This document shows positions 11,966 through 23,738 of a stretch of DNA of 64,000 nt, one piece after another. Numbering within the stretch: position 1 is the first letter of the stretch; every line of letters starts with the position of its first letter. The notes beneath the pieces are model-generated. The model saw only the letters and a list, made by a program, of their open reading frames with translations, did no database searches and was not told the origin of the DNA. A program made the translations under genes and the position numbers. The DNA comes from Octopus sinensis (lineage: Eukaryota), in the NCBI RefSeq assembly GCF_006345805.1, contig NC_043009.1, positions 65,968,001 to 66,032,000 on the forward strand, given 5' to 3'.

Positions 11966-12290
11966 GTTGATGAAGATGATGATGACGAAGATGATGATGA
12001 TGACGAAGAAGATGATGATAATGATGACGAAGATGATGATGATGAAGAAGATGATGATGACGAAGATGATGATGATGACGAAGAAGATGATGATAATGAT
12101 GACGAAGATGATGATGATGAAGATGATGATGATGAAGAAGATGATGATAATGACAAAGAAGATGATGATGATGATGAAGAAGATGATGATGACGAAGAAG
12201 ATGATGATGATAATGATGAAGAAGATGATGATGATGACGAAGAAGATGATGATGATGATGAAGAAGATGATGATGACGAAGATGATGATG
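11955..12290. repeat. (GAT/GAA/GAC)n degenerate trinucleotide expansion contiguous with an RTE tail
   Basis: Starts at CATTAAATGATGATG of the + copy; about 335 bp. Confidence 0.95.
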
Positions 12291-12300
12291 TGTGTGTGTG

Positions 12301-12336
<36 letters not shown>

Positions 12337-12339
<3 letters not shown>

Positions 12340-12735
12340 TCATCATCATCATCGTCGTTTAACGTCCGTTCTCCATGCTAGCATGGGTTGACGGTTCGAC
12401 CGGGTTTCTGGGAAGCCAGAGCTGCACCAGGCTCCATCTAATCTGGCAATGTTTCTACAGCTGGATGCCTTCCTAACGCCACCACTCCATGAGTGTAGTG
12501 GGTGCTTTTTACGTGCCACCTGCACAGGTGCCAGGCGGGCTGGCAACGGCCACGGTTAGATTGGTGTATTTTATGTGCCACCGGCAGGAAGCCAGTCGAG
12601 GCGGTGCTGGCATCGGCCACGAGTCGGATAGTGCTTTTTACGTACCACCAGACCAGGATCCTGGCTGGTTCAATTCGATTTCGATTTCGCTTGCCCAACA
12701 TGTCTTCACATCAAAGGGGGTTGGCATGGGTGCCT
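12337..12735 (-). mobile_element. Family A RTE 3' end, relatively young, three GTGCC-N3-GGCAC-type modules
   Basis: CpG-rich, near-consensus TTTAACGTCCGTT.TCCATGCTAGCATGGGTTG. Confidence 0.9.
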
Positions 12736-13404
12736 ATATATATATATACAGACACAAATGTGAGCATATCTCTGCATCAAGAACATTCTTCTCCTAATGT
12801 ATGTCAAAACGAATGTCTTTTCCGTAGTGCAAAAATCCAGTGAAGTCAGTGAGCTTCACATAAACAGGTTCAATTGTTTTGCTTTTTTCCTTCTTCGAAG
12901 GCTGATCTATAACATCTTGCATATTTCACATTTCTATTGTTTGCTGCTGACTCCAGGTTGCAGCAGCCATGTTGGTGCAGCTTCAAATCATTTTCCATAA
13001 AAAAAAAAAAAACCTCTGCTGCTCTAATGAAAGAGCTTTGTCTACCTTGTCACCTTCGTTATATTTCAGGTCATGTCTGGCAATGTATTGGCATATAAAT
13101 CATGAAGAAAACAAAGAATTTGTCAAGCTGAGTTATTCGGTTTGGTGAAGGCACCGGATTTAGCACAGGCTTCATTCTCAGTCAAGTTGAAGAATAGAGA
13201 GAATATTGGCAACCAAAATGGTTTCACTACACTTTCCTTGTTGAAGAAGAATAAAACCCTAAAGATATTTCAATATGTCACTTCGTTAACCTAGGTTCCA
13301 GACCATTGTTAGCTTTAATAACATCACCAAATATTATATTGTATTTCTTCTTTATGCTGTATTTAATTCATTCTCAGAAAATTTCACTGTTATAAGAGAT
13401 TATC

Positions 13405-13678
13405 AAGGTAGATGGAAACTGAAAGAAGCCTGTAGTATATATATATATATATTTGTGCTACACCTGAGCACTGTATACAATAAGTTCATTATTATTACAT
13501 ATATCTCAGTGTGTGTGTCTTCATGTCTGTGTTTGTTCCCCACCCTTGCTTGACAACTGGTATTAGTATGTTTACATCCCCTGTAACTTAGCAGTTTGGC
13601 AAAAGTGAATGATAAAGTAAGTACAAATCTTTACAAAAAATATGCAGTAGGGACAATTTGTTCAACTAAATTCTTCAA
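13405..13678 (+). mobile_element. tRNA-derived SINE family B, 5'-truncated and diverged
   Basis: GTAGATGGAAACTGAAAGAAGCC, internal microsatellite, GTAACTTAGCAGTT.GGCAAAAG. Confidence 0.7.
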
Positions 13679-13679
13679 T

Positions 13680-13845
13680 TAGAAAATTATTATTTTTAAA
13701 TCTCACAACGTGAGATATTCAGCAATAGTACTTTGTAGTAAAGATTGTTTGCCAACATAACATGGCAGTCCTGGTTTAGGATTAATGTTGCTGTAATTTA
13801 GCCCCAGAAGACATCGTCTCTAGCTGGCTATACGACACAATCTGT
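13680..13845. repeat. Interspersed repeat (family H), copy 2
   Basis: Aligns with 4241-4405. Confidence 0.8.
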
Positions 13846-14017
13846 GTCCTTATATTTTCGAACAAGGGAATCTAGCACCCCCACTCAGCTCAAAACAATA
13901 TCTGTGTATCATGATTTCCATGTTATTTCCCTTCATCAGCACAGAAGAATTGTTCAGTTAGAGGTGGTGCTGCCAAATTGCCGTTCGAAATATATAGTTT
14001 TCAAAGTAACAACTAGT

Positions 14018-14322
14018 CATCATCATCATCGTTTAACATCCGTTTTCCATGCCAGCACAGGTTGGGGTCTGGGAAGCCAGGAGGCTGCACCAGGCTCCAG
14101 TCTGATCTGGCAGTGTTTCTATAGCTGGATGCCCTCCCTAACGCCAACCACTCCGTGAGTGTTATAGGTGCTTTTTACGTGCCACTAGCACAGGTGCCAG
14201 GGGAGGCTGGCAGCAACCACAATCGGTTGGTGCTTTTTACATGCCACCGGCACAGAAACCAGTCAAGGCGGCGCTGGCATCGGCCACGTTCGGATGGTGC
14301 TTTTTACGTGTCACCGGCATAA
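14018..14322 (-). mobile_element. Family A RTE 3' end
   Basis: (CAT)n tail, family A core, three GTGCC-N3-GGCAC-type modules. Confidence 0.88.
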
Positions 14323-14519
14323 AATTAATATAATTCTGATCTATAAATTAGGAAATTATTATTTTTAAATCTCACAGTCTGACAAGAGAAACTAGTAAAA
14401 GGTAAAAGATACTTATTTTGTGAATGGAATTGAGAGTGAACAAAAGATGATAGCAGAAGAAAGAGGAATGCCAAACATAGATTCAAAACTGGAACCTTGC
14501 GGTTGGGAAACAAACTACT

Positions 14520-14753
14520 TCATCCTTTAATTACCATATTTCTGTTGAAATGAAATTCCTTTGTTTTGATTAATTTTCAAAATAATGAAGAATTTGATGA
14601 AATAACTTGTCATTACTAAGCTGCTCTTTGGGACATAAATTAACACGAAATCTTGAAGGAAGAAGGTTTTTAATCCAGGTAACTTCAAAATAGAAAGTTT
14701 TGATATCATAGAACCAGGAGTGGTCTCAGACAGGTTGGAATCAAAAGGGTTAA
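14520..14753. mobile_element. MITE family G with TTAA-CCCTT-type termini (piggyBac-like)
   Basis: Ends AAGGGTTAA; reverse-complement homolog at 25797-26006. Confidence 0.6.
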
Positions 14754-15009
14754 TCACAGAGGCCGGCACCAAATGGTAAAATTTTCTTCCAAAATTTGAA
14801 GAATATTATAATGGAAATTTCAGTTCAGACTGGGTTGATGATATAAGGATAAAATTCAGTTTCTATTGGAATATCCAAAATTTGGATAAAATCATAATGC
14901 TTATAATGGTAAATCTAGTACCAACAGCAGCAGGTTACAAATTTTGAATACTATTGTAATGTTAAATTTCAGTTGCTGCAAGAGAATAAAATAAAAAAAG
15001 GGCATTGCT

Positions 15010-15075
15010 ATGATTATTATTATTATTATATTATTATTATTATTACATTATTATTATTATTACATTATTAGTATT

Positions 15076-15165
<90 letters not shown>

Positions 15166-16040
15166 TATTATTATTTTATTATTAATATCATTGCTGTTGT
15201 TATTATAACCATCACCATCACCATTCTCAATTCAGGTTCTGCAGTCGACTACAAAGTGTGGATCTTATCATTATGATAAACTCAGTTCCTGCAGAAGAAT
15301 TGGAAATTTGGATATTAATTTAATGAAATTTTTAGATTCTACACCATGAGACGCCAAACTAAATTTTCTGCAATTCCTCAGTTATTTTAATGGTAAATTT
15401 CAATCCTGGCAGAAAGTTGTAAAGTTTCACAAACATCAAACTGAATTTCCTTTGTAAGAAACAGCTGACACCGAAAACATCATTGAGACTTTTCTTGTCT
15501 TTTGTTATTCCATTTCGGTTATTTCTTGTGTCGAGGAGGGAAGTGGTGGTGGTGGTGGTGGTGGTGGTGGTGGTGATGATGGGTGGTGTGATGTAGTTCA
15601 GAGAGCCTGATGTGATGTATTGGTGATATTCAAATCTGAGTGTGTTATGTGATTTAGTGTGGCAGTGGTGGTGGTGGTGGTGGTGGCGGCGGCGACAGAT
15701 GTAGTGTGGGTGGTGGTTGTGGTGGTGGTGGTGGTGGTTGTGGTGGTGGTGGTGGTTGTTGTTGGTGGTGGTGGTGGTGATGGGTGGTGGTGGTATAGGT
15801 GGTGTAGCATAGTTCAGAGTGCCTGATGTGATGTATTGGTTATATTCAAATCTGAGTGTGTTATGTGATGTAGTGTGGCGGTAGTGGCAGTGGTGGTGCT
15901 GCTGGTGGTAATGGTGGTGGTGGTGGTGGTGATGTGACATGTAGGAAATGAGATGTGCTGATGGCATGGTGACGATGTGATGATGTGGTGTCAAGGTGAT
16001 GTGGTAGTAATGTGAAGGTGGTGGAGGTGGTGGTGGTGTG
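15010..16040. repeat. (TAT)n at 15010-15185 and (GGT)n-rich tract at 15545-16040
   Basis: Directly visible; source of the His/Pro/Thr ORF 15359-16072. Confidence 0.9.
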
Positions 16041-16043
16041 AGG

Positions 16044-16290
16044 GTCATCATTATCATCAATTTCACATCCACTTTCCCATGCTTGCATGGGTCAGATGCA
16101 ATTTGGTGAGGCAGATTTCTAGAGCTAGAAACCCTTCCTGTTCCCTTCCAGCGGTCAACTCTTGGTAATATTTTAATATTTCCCCATTGCTGAACATGTT
16201 TTTATGGAGGACTGGAAACAAACAACCTCACTTGTATGCTGGTGATGCTTGTTTACAACTACAATATCAAAACAAGAGCGCACACACACA
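16044..16290 (-). mobile_element. Family A3: A-like tail on a different upstream body
   Basis: (CAT) tail, CCACTTTCCCATGCTTGCATGGG and GAGGCAGATTT. Related copies at 18595-18765, 23110-23292, 37325-37412, 42410-42505 and 48675-48830. Confidence 0.6.
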
Positions 16291-16751
16291 CTTTATATAT
16301 ATATATTGGTCAATACAGAGCTACACTCTAGAACATTAGACCATAGAGCAGCAGAAATTATGTGCCTCCAGCCATTTGAGTCTCATGAGCTACTTATGCA
16401 GCGAAGTGCTTTAAGGGTGCAAAATCAATGGCCCCTCTCTGACTGACCATAACAAACAACCTAGATGTATGTGTGTGTGTATGCATATATATATATGTAT
16501 ATGCACATGTATGTAAGCATATGGACATGAAAGTAAACAGATCAACACACAGACAGATAGGTACATAGGTTATATGAACAGACAAGCACACATACACACA
16601 TACGCAAATGAAGACTGATACACATGACCATATATACAAACACACTGACGAATGGGAATGTGAAACTCTGTGTAAGAGTTTTTGTGATATTTCTGTTGAT
16701 TTTAAATATAATATATTTATACACACTCACACACACACACACACACACACA

Positions 16752-16923
16752 ATCATCATCATTGTCATTTAACATCCGCTTTCCATGCTAGCATGGGTTG
16801 GACGATTTTGACTGAGGGCTGGCAAACCAAATGGCTGCACCAGGCTTCAATCTTGATTTGGCAGAGTTTCTACAGCTGGATGCCCTTCCTAATGCCAACC
16901 ACTCCGAGAGTGTAGTGGGTGCT

Positions 16924-16979
<56 letters not shown>

Positions 16980-17130
16980 CCGACTTCTTTCAGTCTCCTT
17001 CAACCAAATCCACTAACAGAGCTTTAGTCAGACTAGGGCTCTAGAGGAAGACATTGGCCCAAGATGCTATGGAGTAGGATTGAGCTCAAGACCACATGAT
17101 GTGGAAGAAAGGGGTTCAACCACACAGCCA
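16752..17130 (-). mobile_element. Family A 3' end (16752-16924) and 5' half of a family B SINE (16978-17130)
   Basis: Diagnostic cores of both families, separated by (CA)/(TA). Confidence 0.75.
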
Positions 17131-17535
17131 TGGACTGTGTGGGAATACAATGAGAACTGTATGTGTGTGTGTGTGTGCGTACACATGAGTGGATTATTTT
17201 ACACACATACATTTGGACAAGCGTCTCCATCTTGCATTTTACAGCCAAAACATTTTGGCTGTTCTGCTCTTCAGCTTTTTTTCACATTCCTATCATATTT
17301 AATAACACTTTCAGAATTCATCTCATTCTGTCGTTCCATATCAGGAATATTCTTCTACTAGTCATGTACCAACTTGTGACGCTACTGGCTTGTTCTGCTT
17401 GGATCAGAATATTATCAAGATTGAATGACCCAGGAGTAAAACTCACCATAACCAAGTCAAATACAACTCACAATAACCAGGCATTTTACCATTCCACTGT
17501 TCCAGAGAATGATTAAGTAATGCAAATTAGGAGCT

Positions 17536-17763
17536 TCAACCCTTTCGCTTGAAGATTACTCCATCAAATGTAATCCATATTTATTCACATTGTTTACCAT
17601 TAATCCTGCATTATCTTGTAGCTTTGAGATTTTGGTGATGTGACTGTTTATTTTTAAGATGGCACTGTAGGGTAGGTGTGAGAGGCCAGCTCTGGTTAGT
17701 TTAAACATAAAACAGGAAGAATATTTGGGCCGGATATGGTCAGTTTAAGTGCTAAAAGGTTAA
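17536..17763. mobile_element. MITE family F with AACCCTTT...AAAGGTTAA termini (piggyBac-like)
   Basis: Homologs at 27908-28306 (reverse) and 59848-60088. Confidence 0.65.
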
Positions 17764-18112
17764 ATATTTCATTTTTTTTTTATGGTTGGGGGTCTTGTTG
17801 CTTATTTTTAATTAAAGTCTCCCACATAACATTCATTTTTATCCTAAATTTACTGACGACTTATCAAAGAGCAGCATCTTTTATGATGCTTTGTGGACAT
17901 GTGACTTTCTCTGTAGCCCCAGTCCTGAGGAAGAAAGCTTTGCGAGTGGATTTGAAAGAGGGAAACTGAAAGATGGTCATCATGCCTGTATGTGTGTGTT
18001 GTGTGTGTGTGTGTAAGCATCTCTTTGACTTGATGTCACATGACAGTTATAAGTAATTCCCACTGTCATACAAACATCATCTATTTCCAATATTCTACAA
18101 GAATATTAGGTG

Positions 18113-18277
18113 CAAGAGTGGCTGTGTGGTAAGCAGCTTGCTTACCAACCAGATGGTTCTAGGTTCAGTCCCAGTGCATGGCATCTTGGACAAGTGTCTT
18201 CTACTATAGCCTTCGGGTCGACCAAAGCTTTATGAGTGGATTTCGTAGGCAGAAACTGAAAGAAGCCTGTTGTGTGT

Positions 18278-18354
<77 letters not shown>

Positions 18355-18570
18355 TGTGTGAGTGTGTATATGTTTGTGTGTCTGTATTTGTCTCCCGCCA
18401 ACATCACTTGAAACCAATGTTGGTGTGTTTACATCACCATAACTTAGCGGTTCAGCAAAAGAGACCAATAGAATAAGTACTAAACTTACAAAGAACAAGT
18501 CCTGGGATAGATTTGCTTGACTAAAGACAGTGCTCAAGCACGGCCACAGTCAAATGACTGAAACAAATAA
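18113..18570 (+). mobile_element. tRNA-derived SINE family B, full length, expanded internal (CA)(TA)n
   Basis: A-box-like TGGCTGTGTGG, B-box-like GGTTCAGTCCC, GGCATCTTGGACAAGTGTCTTCTAC core, 3' GCACGGCCACAGTCAAATGACTGAAAC. Confidence 0.88.
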
Positions 18571-19298
18571 AAGAATAAAAAATAATAAAAAATAAAAGAA
18601 CATGTTTGGACTTGGAGAAATATTACTTTGCTTTGAAACACTTGAGGGTTGGTGCCATGAAGGGAATCTAGTTATAGAAAATAAAATCTGCCTCAAAAAA
18701 CTCCATCTAACCCATGCAGGTATGAAAAACCAGATGTTAAAATGACGATGACGATGAGGAGGATGATGATTTTGTCCCAGAAGGGTTGGTAAATTTCCTT
18801 TCCCACCCACAAATGAACAACTACCCTGATTTTCATTTCTCCCTGTTCATTAGATAAGATACACCCCTAATCTCATAAAATCTATATCCACTGCTACAAC
18901 CACACTGGACGGAATACCAGTTGATCTTCTTTGCCATGATCTTAAGGAGAGACAGCGCTAAAGAGTCGTCCAGCTTTTGAATGCTGTCCTGATGTTGCAT
19001 GCATCACAGAACCATAGACTGATTGTGGCAGGTGTAATATTTTCAATTTTGATGCCTCTGCTCTGGGAACCTAACACTATGCCTGCAGATTACTTGCAGA
19101 GTACTTATCTGAGATAATCCTAATCATTTTTGTGGGTAGATTGTGTCAAAGTTGCCACTTATGAACTTGGTTCAATGTTGTAGGCCACAGGCAGTGGTGT
19201 CCTTCTTGCAGTGTGGATAATGAGAAACAGGGAGACAGAATACAGAATATACTAGAATAATACAATGCAGAATATGAAGATATATATATATATATATA

Positions 19299-19351
<53 letters not shown>

Positions 19352-19354
<3 letters not shown>

Positions 19355-20508
19355 CTGAAAGTGTAACTGCTAGAGTAAGAATAGCTTGGGCAAAGTTCAG
19401 AGAGCTCTCTTACCTCTACTGGTGACAAAAGGCCTCTCGCACAGAGTGAAAGGCAGACTGTATGATGCGTGTGTACGAACAGCCATGCTACATGGCAGTG
19501 AAACATGGGCCGTGACTGCTGAGGATATGCGTAAGCTCGCTAGAAATGAAGCCAGTATGCTCCGATGGATGTGTAATGCCGGTACTCACACTCGGCAGAG
19601 TGTAAGTACCTTGAGAGAAAAGCTGGACCTAAGAAGCATCAGTTGTGGTGTGCAAGAGAGACGTTTGCGCTGGTATGGTCATGTGGCGAGAATGGATGAA
19701 GATAGTTGTGTGAAAAAGTGCCACACCCTAGCGGTTGAGGGAACCTGTGGAAGAGGCAGACCCAGGAAAACCTGGGACGAGGTGGTGAAGCACGACCTTC
19801 GAACTTTAGGTCTCACTGAGGAAATGACTAGAGACCGAGACCTCTGGAAGTGTGCTGTGCGCGAGAAGACCCGGCAGGACAAGTGAGTCCATAACCGTGG
19901 CCTTCTACATGGGATGGAGCCAGCCTACGTATGCATACCTTCCCTTCTTGGGACACAAAACTCTACTTGTGAAGACGTGATGAGGCAAGTGAGGATCAGA
20001 ATCGAAATCGATCAATGGAAATTGCGGATGTGCTACCAGTGCCGGTGGCATGTCAAAACTCTGCTTGTGAAGACCCGTGAGGCAAGTGACGATCAGAATC
20101 AAAATCGATCAATGGAAATCAATCAATGGAAATCGATCAATGGAAATTGCAGATGTGTTACCAGTGCCGGTGGCATGTAAGAGAACTTTCCGTTTCGCGA
20201 CCGTTGCCAGCACTGCCCCGTTTCGTGTCCGTTGCCAACTCGCCTGGCCCTCGTGCCGGTGGCACATAAAAAGCACCATCCGTTCGTGGCCGTTTGCCAG
20301 CTCTGTCTGGCACCATGCGGGTGGCACGTAAAAAGCACCCACTACACTCACGGAGTGGTTGGCGTTAGGAAGGGCATCCAGCCGTAGAAACACTGCCAGA
20401 TTTGACTGGGCCTGATGAAGCCTTCTGGCTTCACAGACCCCAGTAGAACCGTCCAACCCATGCTAGCATGGAAAACGGACGCTAAACGATGATGATGATG
20501 ATGATGAT
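19352..20508 (+). mobile_element. RTE-clade LINE, 5'-truncated: ORF C-terminus + about 600-bp 3' UTR + (GAT)n tail
   Basis: Starts right after (TA)n with AESVTARVRIAWAKFRE, runs through the ORF end and the family A core to CCATGCTAGCATGG and (GAT)7. Confidence 0.95.
19386..19886 (+). pseudogene. RTE reverse transcriptase ORF C-terminal fragment (166 aa open)
   Basis: LYDACVRTAMLHGSETW, RRLRWYGHVARM and GRGRPRKTWDEVV are RTE C-terminal motifs. A frameshift separates it from the upstream residues. Confidence 0.92.
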
Positions 20509-20519
20509 ACACCACACAC

Positions 20520-20808
20520 ACCAAACACACACACACATATATACATATCTATATGTATATATGTGTGAGTGTGTGTATGAGTATATATATATAGACACAT
20601 ACATATATGTATACATATGTATATGTATGTACATAAATATATATACATATATATATGCACAGATACATACATATGTGTATATATGTACAAACACACAAAC
20701 ACATGCATATATATATATATATATATATATGTGTGCGTGGGTGTGTATGTACGTATGTATATAAATTCATGCCAGCTTGGAAGGAGGATGTTAAATGATG
20801 ACGATGAT

Positions 20809-20849
<41 letters not shown>

Positions 20850-21027
20850 TATAGATAATGTATGTTTGTATGTATGTACATATAATGAGTGTGTGTCTAA
20901 GATAATATAATATGCAGTTGTTCATAGGTAGCAAGGCATGGAGATATGACACACACACGCATACATAAAAACTTATATGTATATGCTTTATAATATTTTA
21001 TATATATATATATATAATATAATATAT

Positions 21028-21086
<59 letters not shown>

Positions 21087-21105
21087 CACACATAATACTA
21101 TAATG
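20520..21105. repeat. (TA)/(CA)/(TATG) microsatellite block with a short family A tail at 20765-20810
   Basis: Directly visible. Confidence 0.9.
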
Positions 21106-21534
21106 TATATACATATGTTTTTGTGTGTGTGGTGTATTCACAGGTTTTTTTTACTTTGCATTTTTTATGAATTTTTTTTTGCTGTTGTTTTCTATTCTTT
21201 TCTTTCCAACATCAAACAAAACCATCACCACCATCATCATCATCATCATCCTTATCATCAAACACTCCTGCCAGTTCCATCAGCCAGACAAAAACATCAT
21301 CTCTCACAGAATATTTGATTATTACATTGGGGCTAGCAATGGTGGTGCTAGTGTTGCTGATGTTGATGATGATGATGATGATGATGGAAGCAGGGGTGGG
21401 CATGGAAGAATTCATACTTTATCTGATCTTCACATTTCATTACATATGTAAAATAACAAATAAATATCAGAATAAGCAAAATAAAAAAGGGAACGAAAAC
21501 AAATAAATAAAAACAATACAAAGAGTTAGACAAT

Positions 21535-21969
21535 GACATAATAATAATAATAATAATAATAAAAATAATAATAAATGAAAGATATGAAGAAGAGGAGAGA
21601 AAAGATGAGAGGTGGGGGGAGAAAAAAGAAAGGATAGAAAGAAGGAAAGATTGAGAGAAAGACAAGAGAAGAGAAGGGAAGAGAAAAAAGAGAAAAAGGA
21701 AAAGAAAGAAAAGGGGAAAAAATAATAAAAGAGAGAAGGAAAGAAAGAAGGAGAGATTGAGAGAAAGACAAAGAGAAAGGGAAGGGAAAAGAAAAAAGGA
21801 AAAAGAAAAGGGAAAAGAAAGAAAAGGAAAAAGAAAGAATAAAAAGAGAAGGAAAGAAAGAAGGAAAGATTGAGAGAAAGACAAAGAGAAAAGGAAGGGA
21901 AAAGAAAAAAGGAAAAGTGGAAGAAGGAAAATGAAAAAGGAAAAAGAATAAAATTAAGAGAGAGAGAGA

Positions 21970-22005
<36 letters not shown>

Positions 22006-22030
22006 GGAGGGAGGGAGGGAGGGAGGGAGA
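21535..22030. repeat. (AAT)n followed by a polypurine GA tract with three imperfect internal repeats, then (GA)n/(GGGA)n
   Basis: AAGGAAAGATTGAGAGAAAGACA-like motif recurs three times. Confidence 0.9.
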
Positions 22031-22424
22031 CCAAATCTAATTCAGAACACAATATATCTTAAAAATGATAAAGAAAAGAAAGTGTTTTATTGTATTTGTT
22101 TAATAATGTTGGTTTTGTGGTTAGAAATCATTATTATCATCATCATCATCATCATCATCAACATTATTATTATTATTCTTATTATTATTATTATTATTTC
22201 ATATTATTTATGGAGGGTGAGGTTTGCTTTGTTGCTGTTGTTGTTAGTAAAGTTTAAAGAAATTTCAGTGAAACATTAAATATTTCAGAGAAATGTCAAC
22301 CTTATACACCACCTGGCCACCCAACCATGACATACACACAGAAATATGCATATGCATTCATGTGAGTGTGTATGTGTGGTGCGTCTGTGTGTATACAGGT
22401 ATATATTCATATATAAATAAATAA

Positions 22425-22662
22425 ATATAAAAAGCACCAACCGATCGTGGCCGCTTCCAGCCTCCCCTGACACCTGTGCCGGTGGCACGTAAAAAGCACC
22501 CACTACACTCACGGAGTGGTTGGCATTAGGAAGGGCATCCAGCTGTAGTAACACTGCCAGATCAGACTGGAGCCTGGCACAGCCTCCTGGCTTTCCAGAC
22601 CCCAGTTGAACCGTCCAACCCATGCTAGCATGGAAAACGGACGTTGACTGATGATGATGATG
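22425..22662 (+). mobile_element. Family A RTE 3' end
   Basis: Near-consensus core and (GAT)n tail. Confidence 0.88.
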
Positions 22663-23291
22663 AAAGGGAACCCAGTGGATATAGATGTCCTCTCTATCGA
22701 AAAAAAAAAAGGGGAACTCCATGAGGTTTCCAATGGACTTGCTCTGCCTGGTGGTTGTGGTTGTGGTGGTGGTGGTGGTGGTGGTGGTGATGATATATTC
22801 TGGTGGTGACAGATATATATTTTACTCATTATTCATTTTATCATAAATTTTTTTTTAAATTAGGTTTTGGTTAATGGAAGTTTCAAGGTTGATAGTTAGA
22901 TTTACTGTTAATATTTGACATACATTTACAATTCAAAAACGGCCACCCTCTGCTTTCCCCACAGCCCTTAATCTTTTCTCCACTGAAGAGGATGACACAT
23001 TGTGTTAATATAATGGGTAAATATACAAGCTGCACCTGGTGTGTGTGTGTGTGGTGGGGTGGGGGGGGTATGCTACTGTCTCGTGTCATGACATTGTGGG
23101 ATAGTTATAAATGATATTGTCGTTGTCATGCAAGCAATGTCATTCAGTTCCAATTTTCTGTGAAAATGCATTTCATAACAGGAAAACATTAACTTACTTA
23201 GAAACCAGTGAAGGTCATACAAAATCTGCCTCAACAGACTCTGCACAACCCCTATGAACATGCAAAAGGGGACATTGCAATGACAATGATG

Positions 23292-23368
<77 letters not shown>

Positions 23369-23377
23369 CTTAATAGA

Positions 23378-23577
23378 AGAGGGAATTTTTTTTAACCAAT
23401 ACGTGGAAACCCTTATGCTAGAAGAACATCCGCTATGGTCTTAACCACTAAGAATTGTTCTCCAGAAAATTTCCTGGTGTGCTAAATTTTCTGGAGAACA
23501 ATTCTTAGTGGTTAAGACCATAGCGGATCTTCTTCTAGCATAAGGGTTTCCACATAGTGGTTAAAAAAATTCCCTCT
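23378..23577. repeat. Long near-perfect inverted repeat (about 95-bp arms, 11-nt loop)
   Basis: 23378-23472 is the reverse complement of 23484-23577 with about 3 substitutions and one homopolymer indel. Confidence 0.95.
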
Positions 23578-23690
23578 CATATTTATGTATGAAATACTAT
23601 TTACTGAATCTCAGTTTTTTTATATGCTAGAGCACTGGTGTTAAAACTGATGTTATCAAATTAATATCCAATTTTTTCACCCTCATTTTG

Positions 23691-23738
<48 letters not shown>

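Noticed and set aside
14378-14401. 24-nt microexon CAG|TCTGAC..AAAAG|GTAAAA
   Set aside because: The acceptor is part of repeat family H (also at 4241 and 13680) and the donor is weak.
15359-16072. 237-aa His/Pro/Thr-rich ORF
   Set aside because: It is built from (GGT)n and a local duplication; there is no domain and no splice context.
19386-19886. 166-aa ORF as a host gene
   Set aside because: It is the C-terminus of a 5'-truncated RTE with an upstream frameshift and an artificial TTG start.
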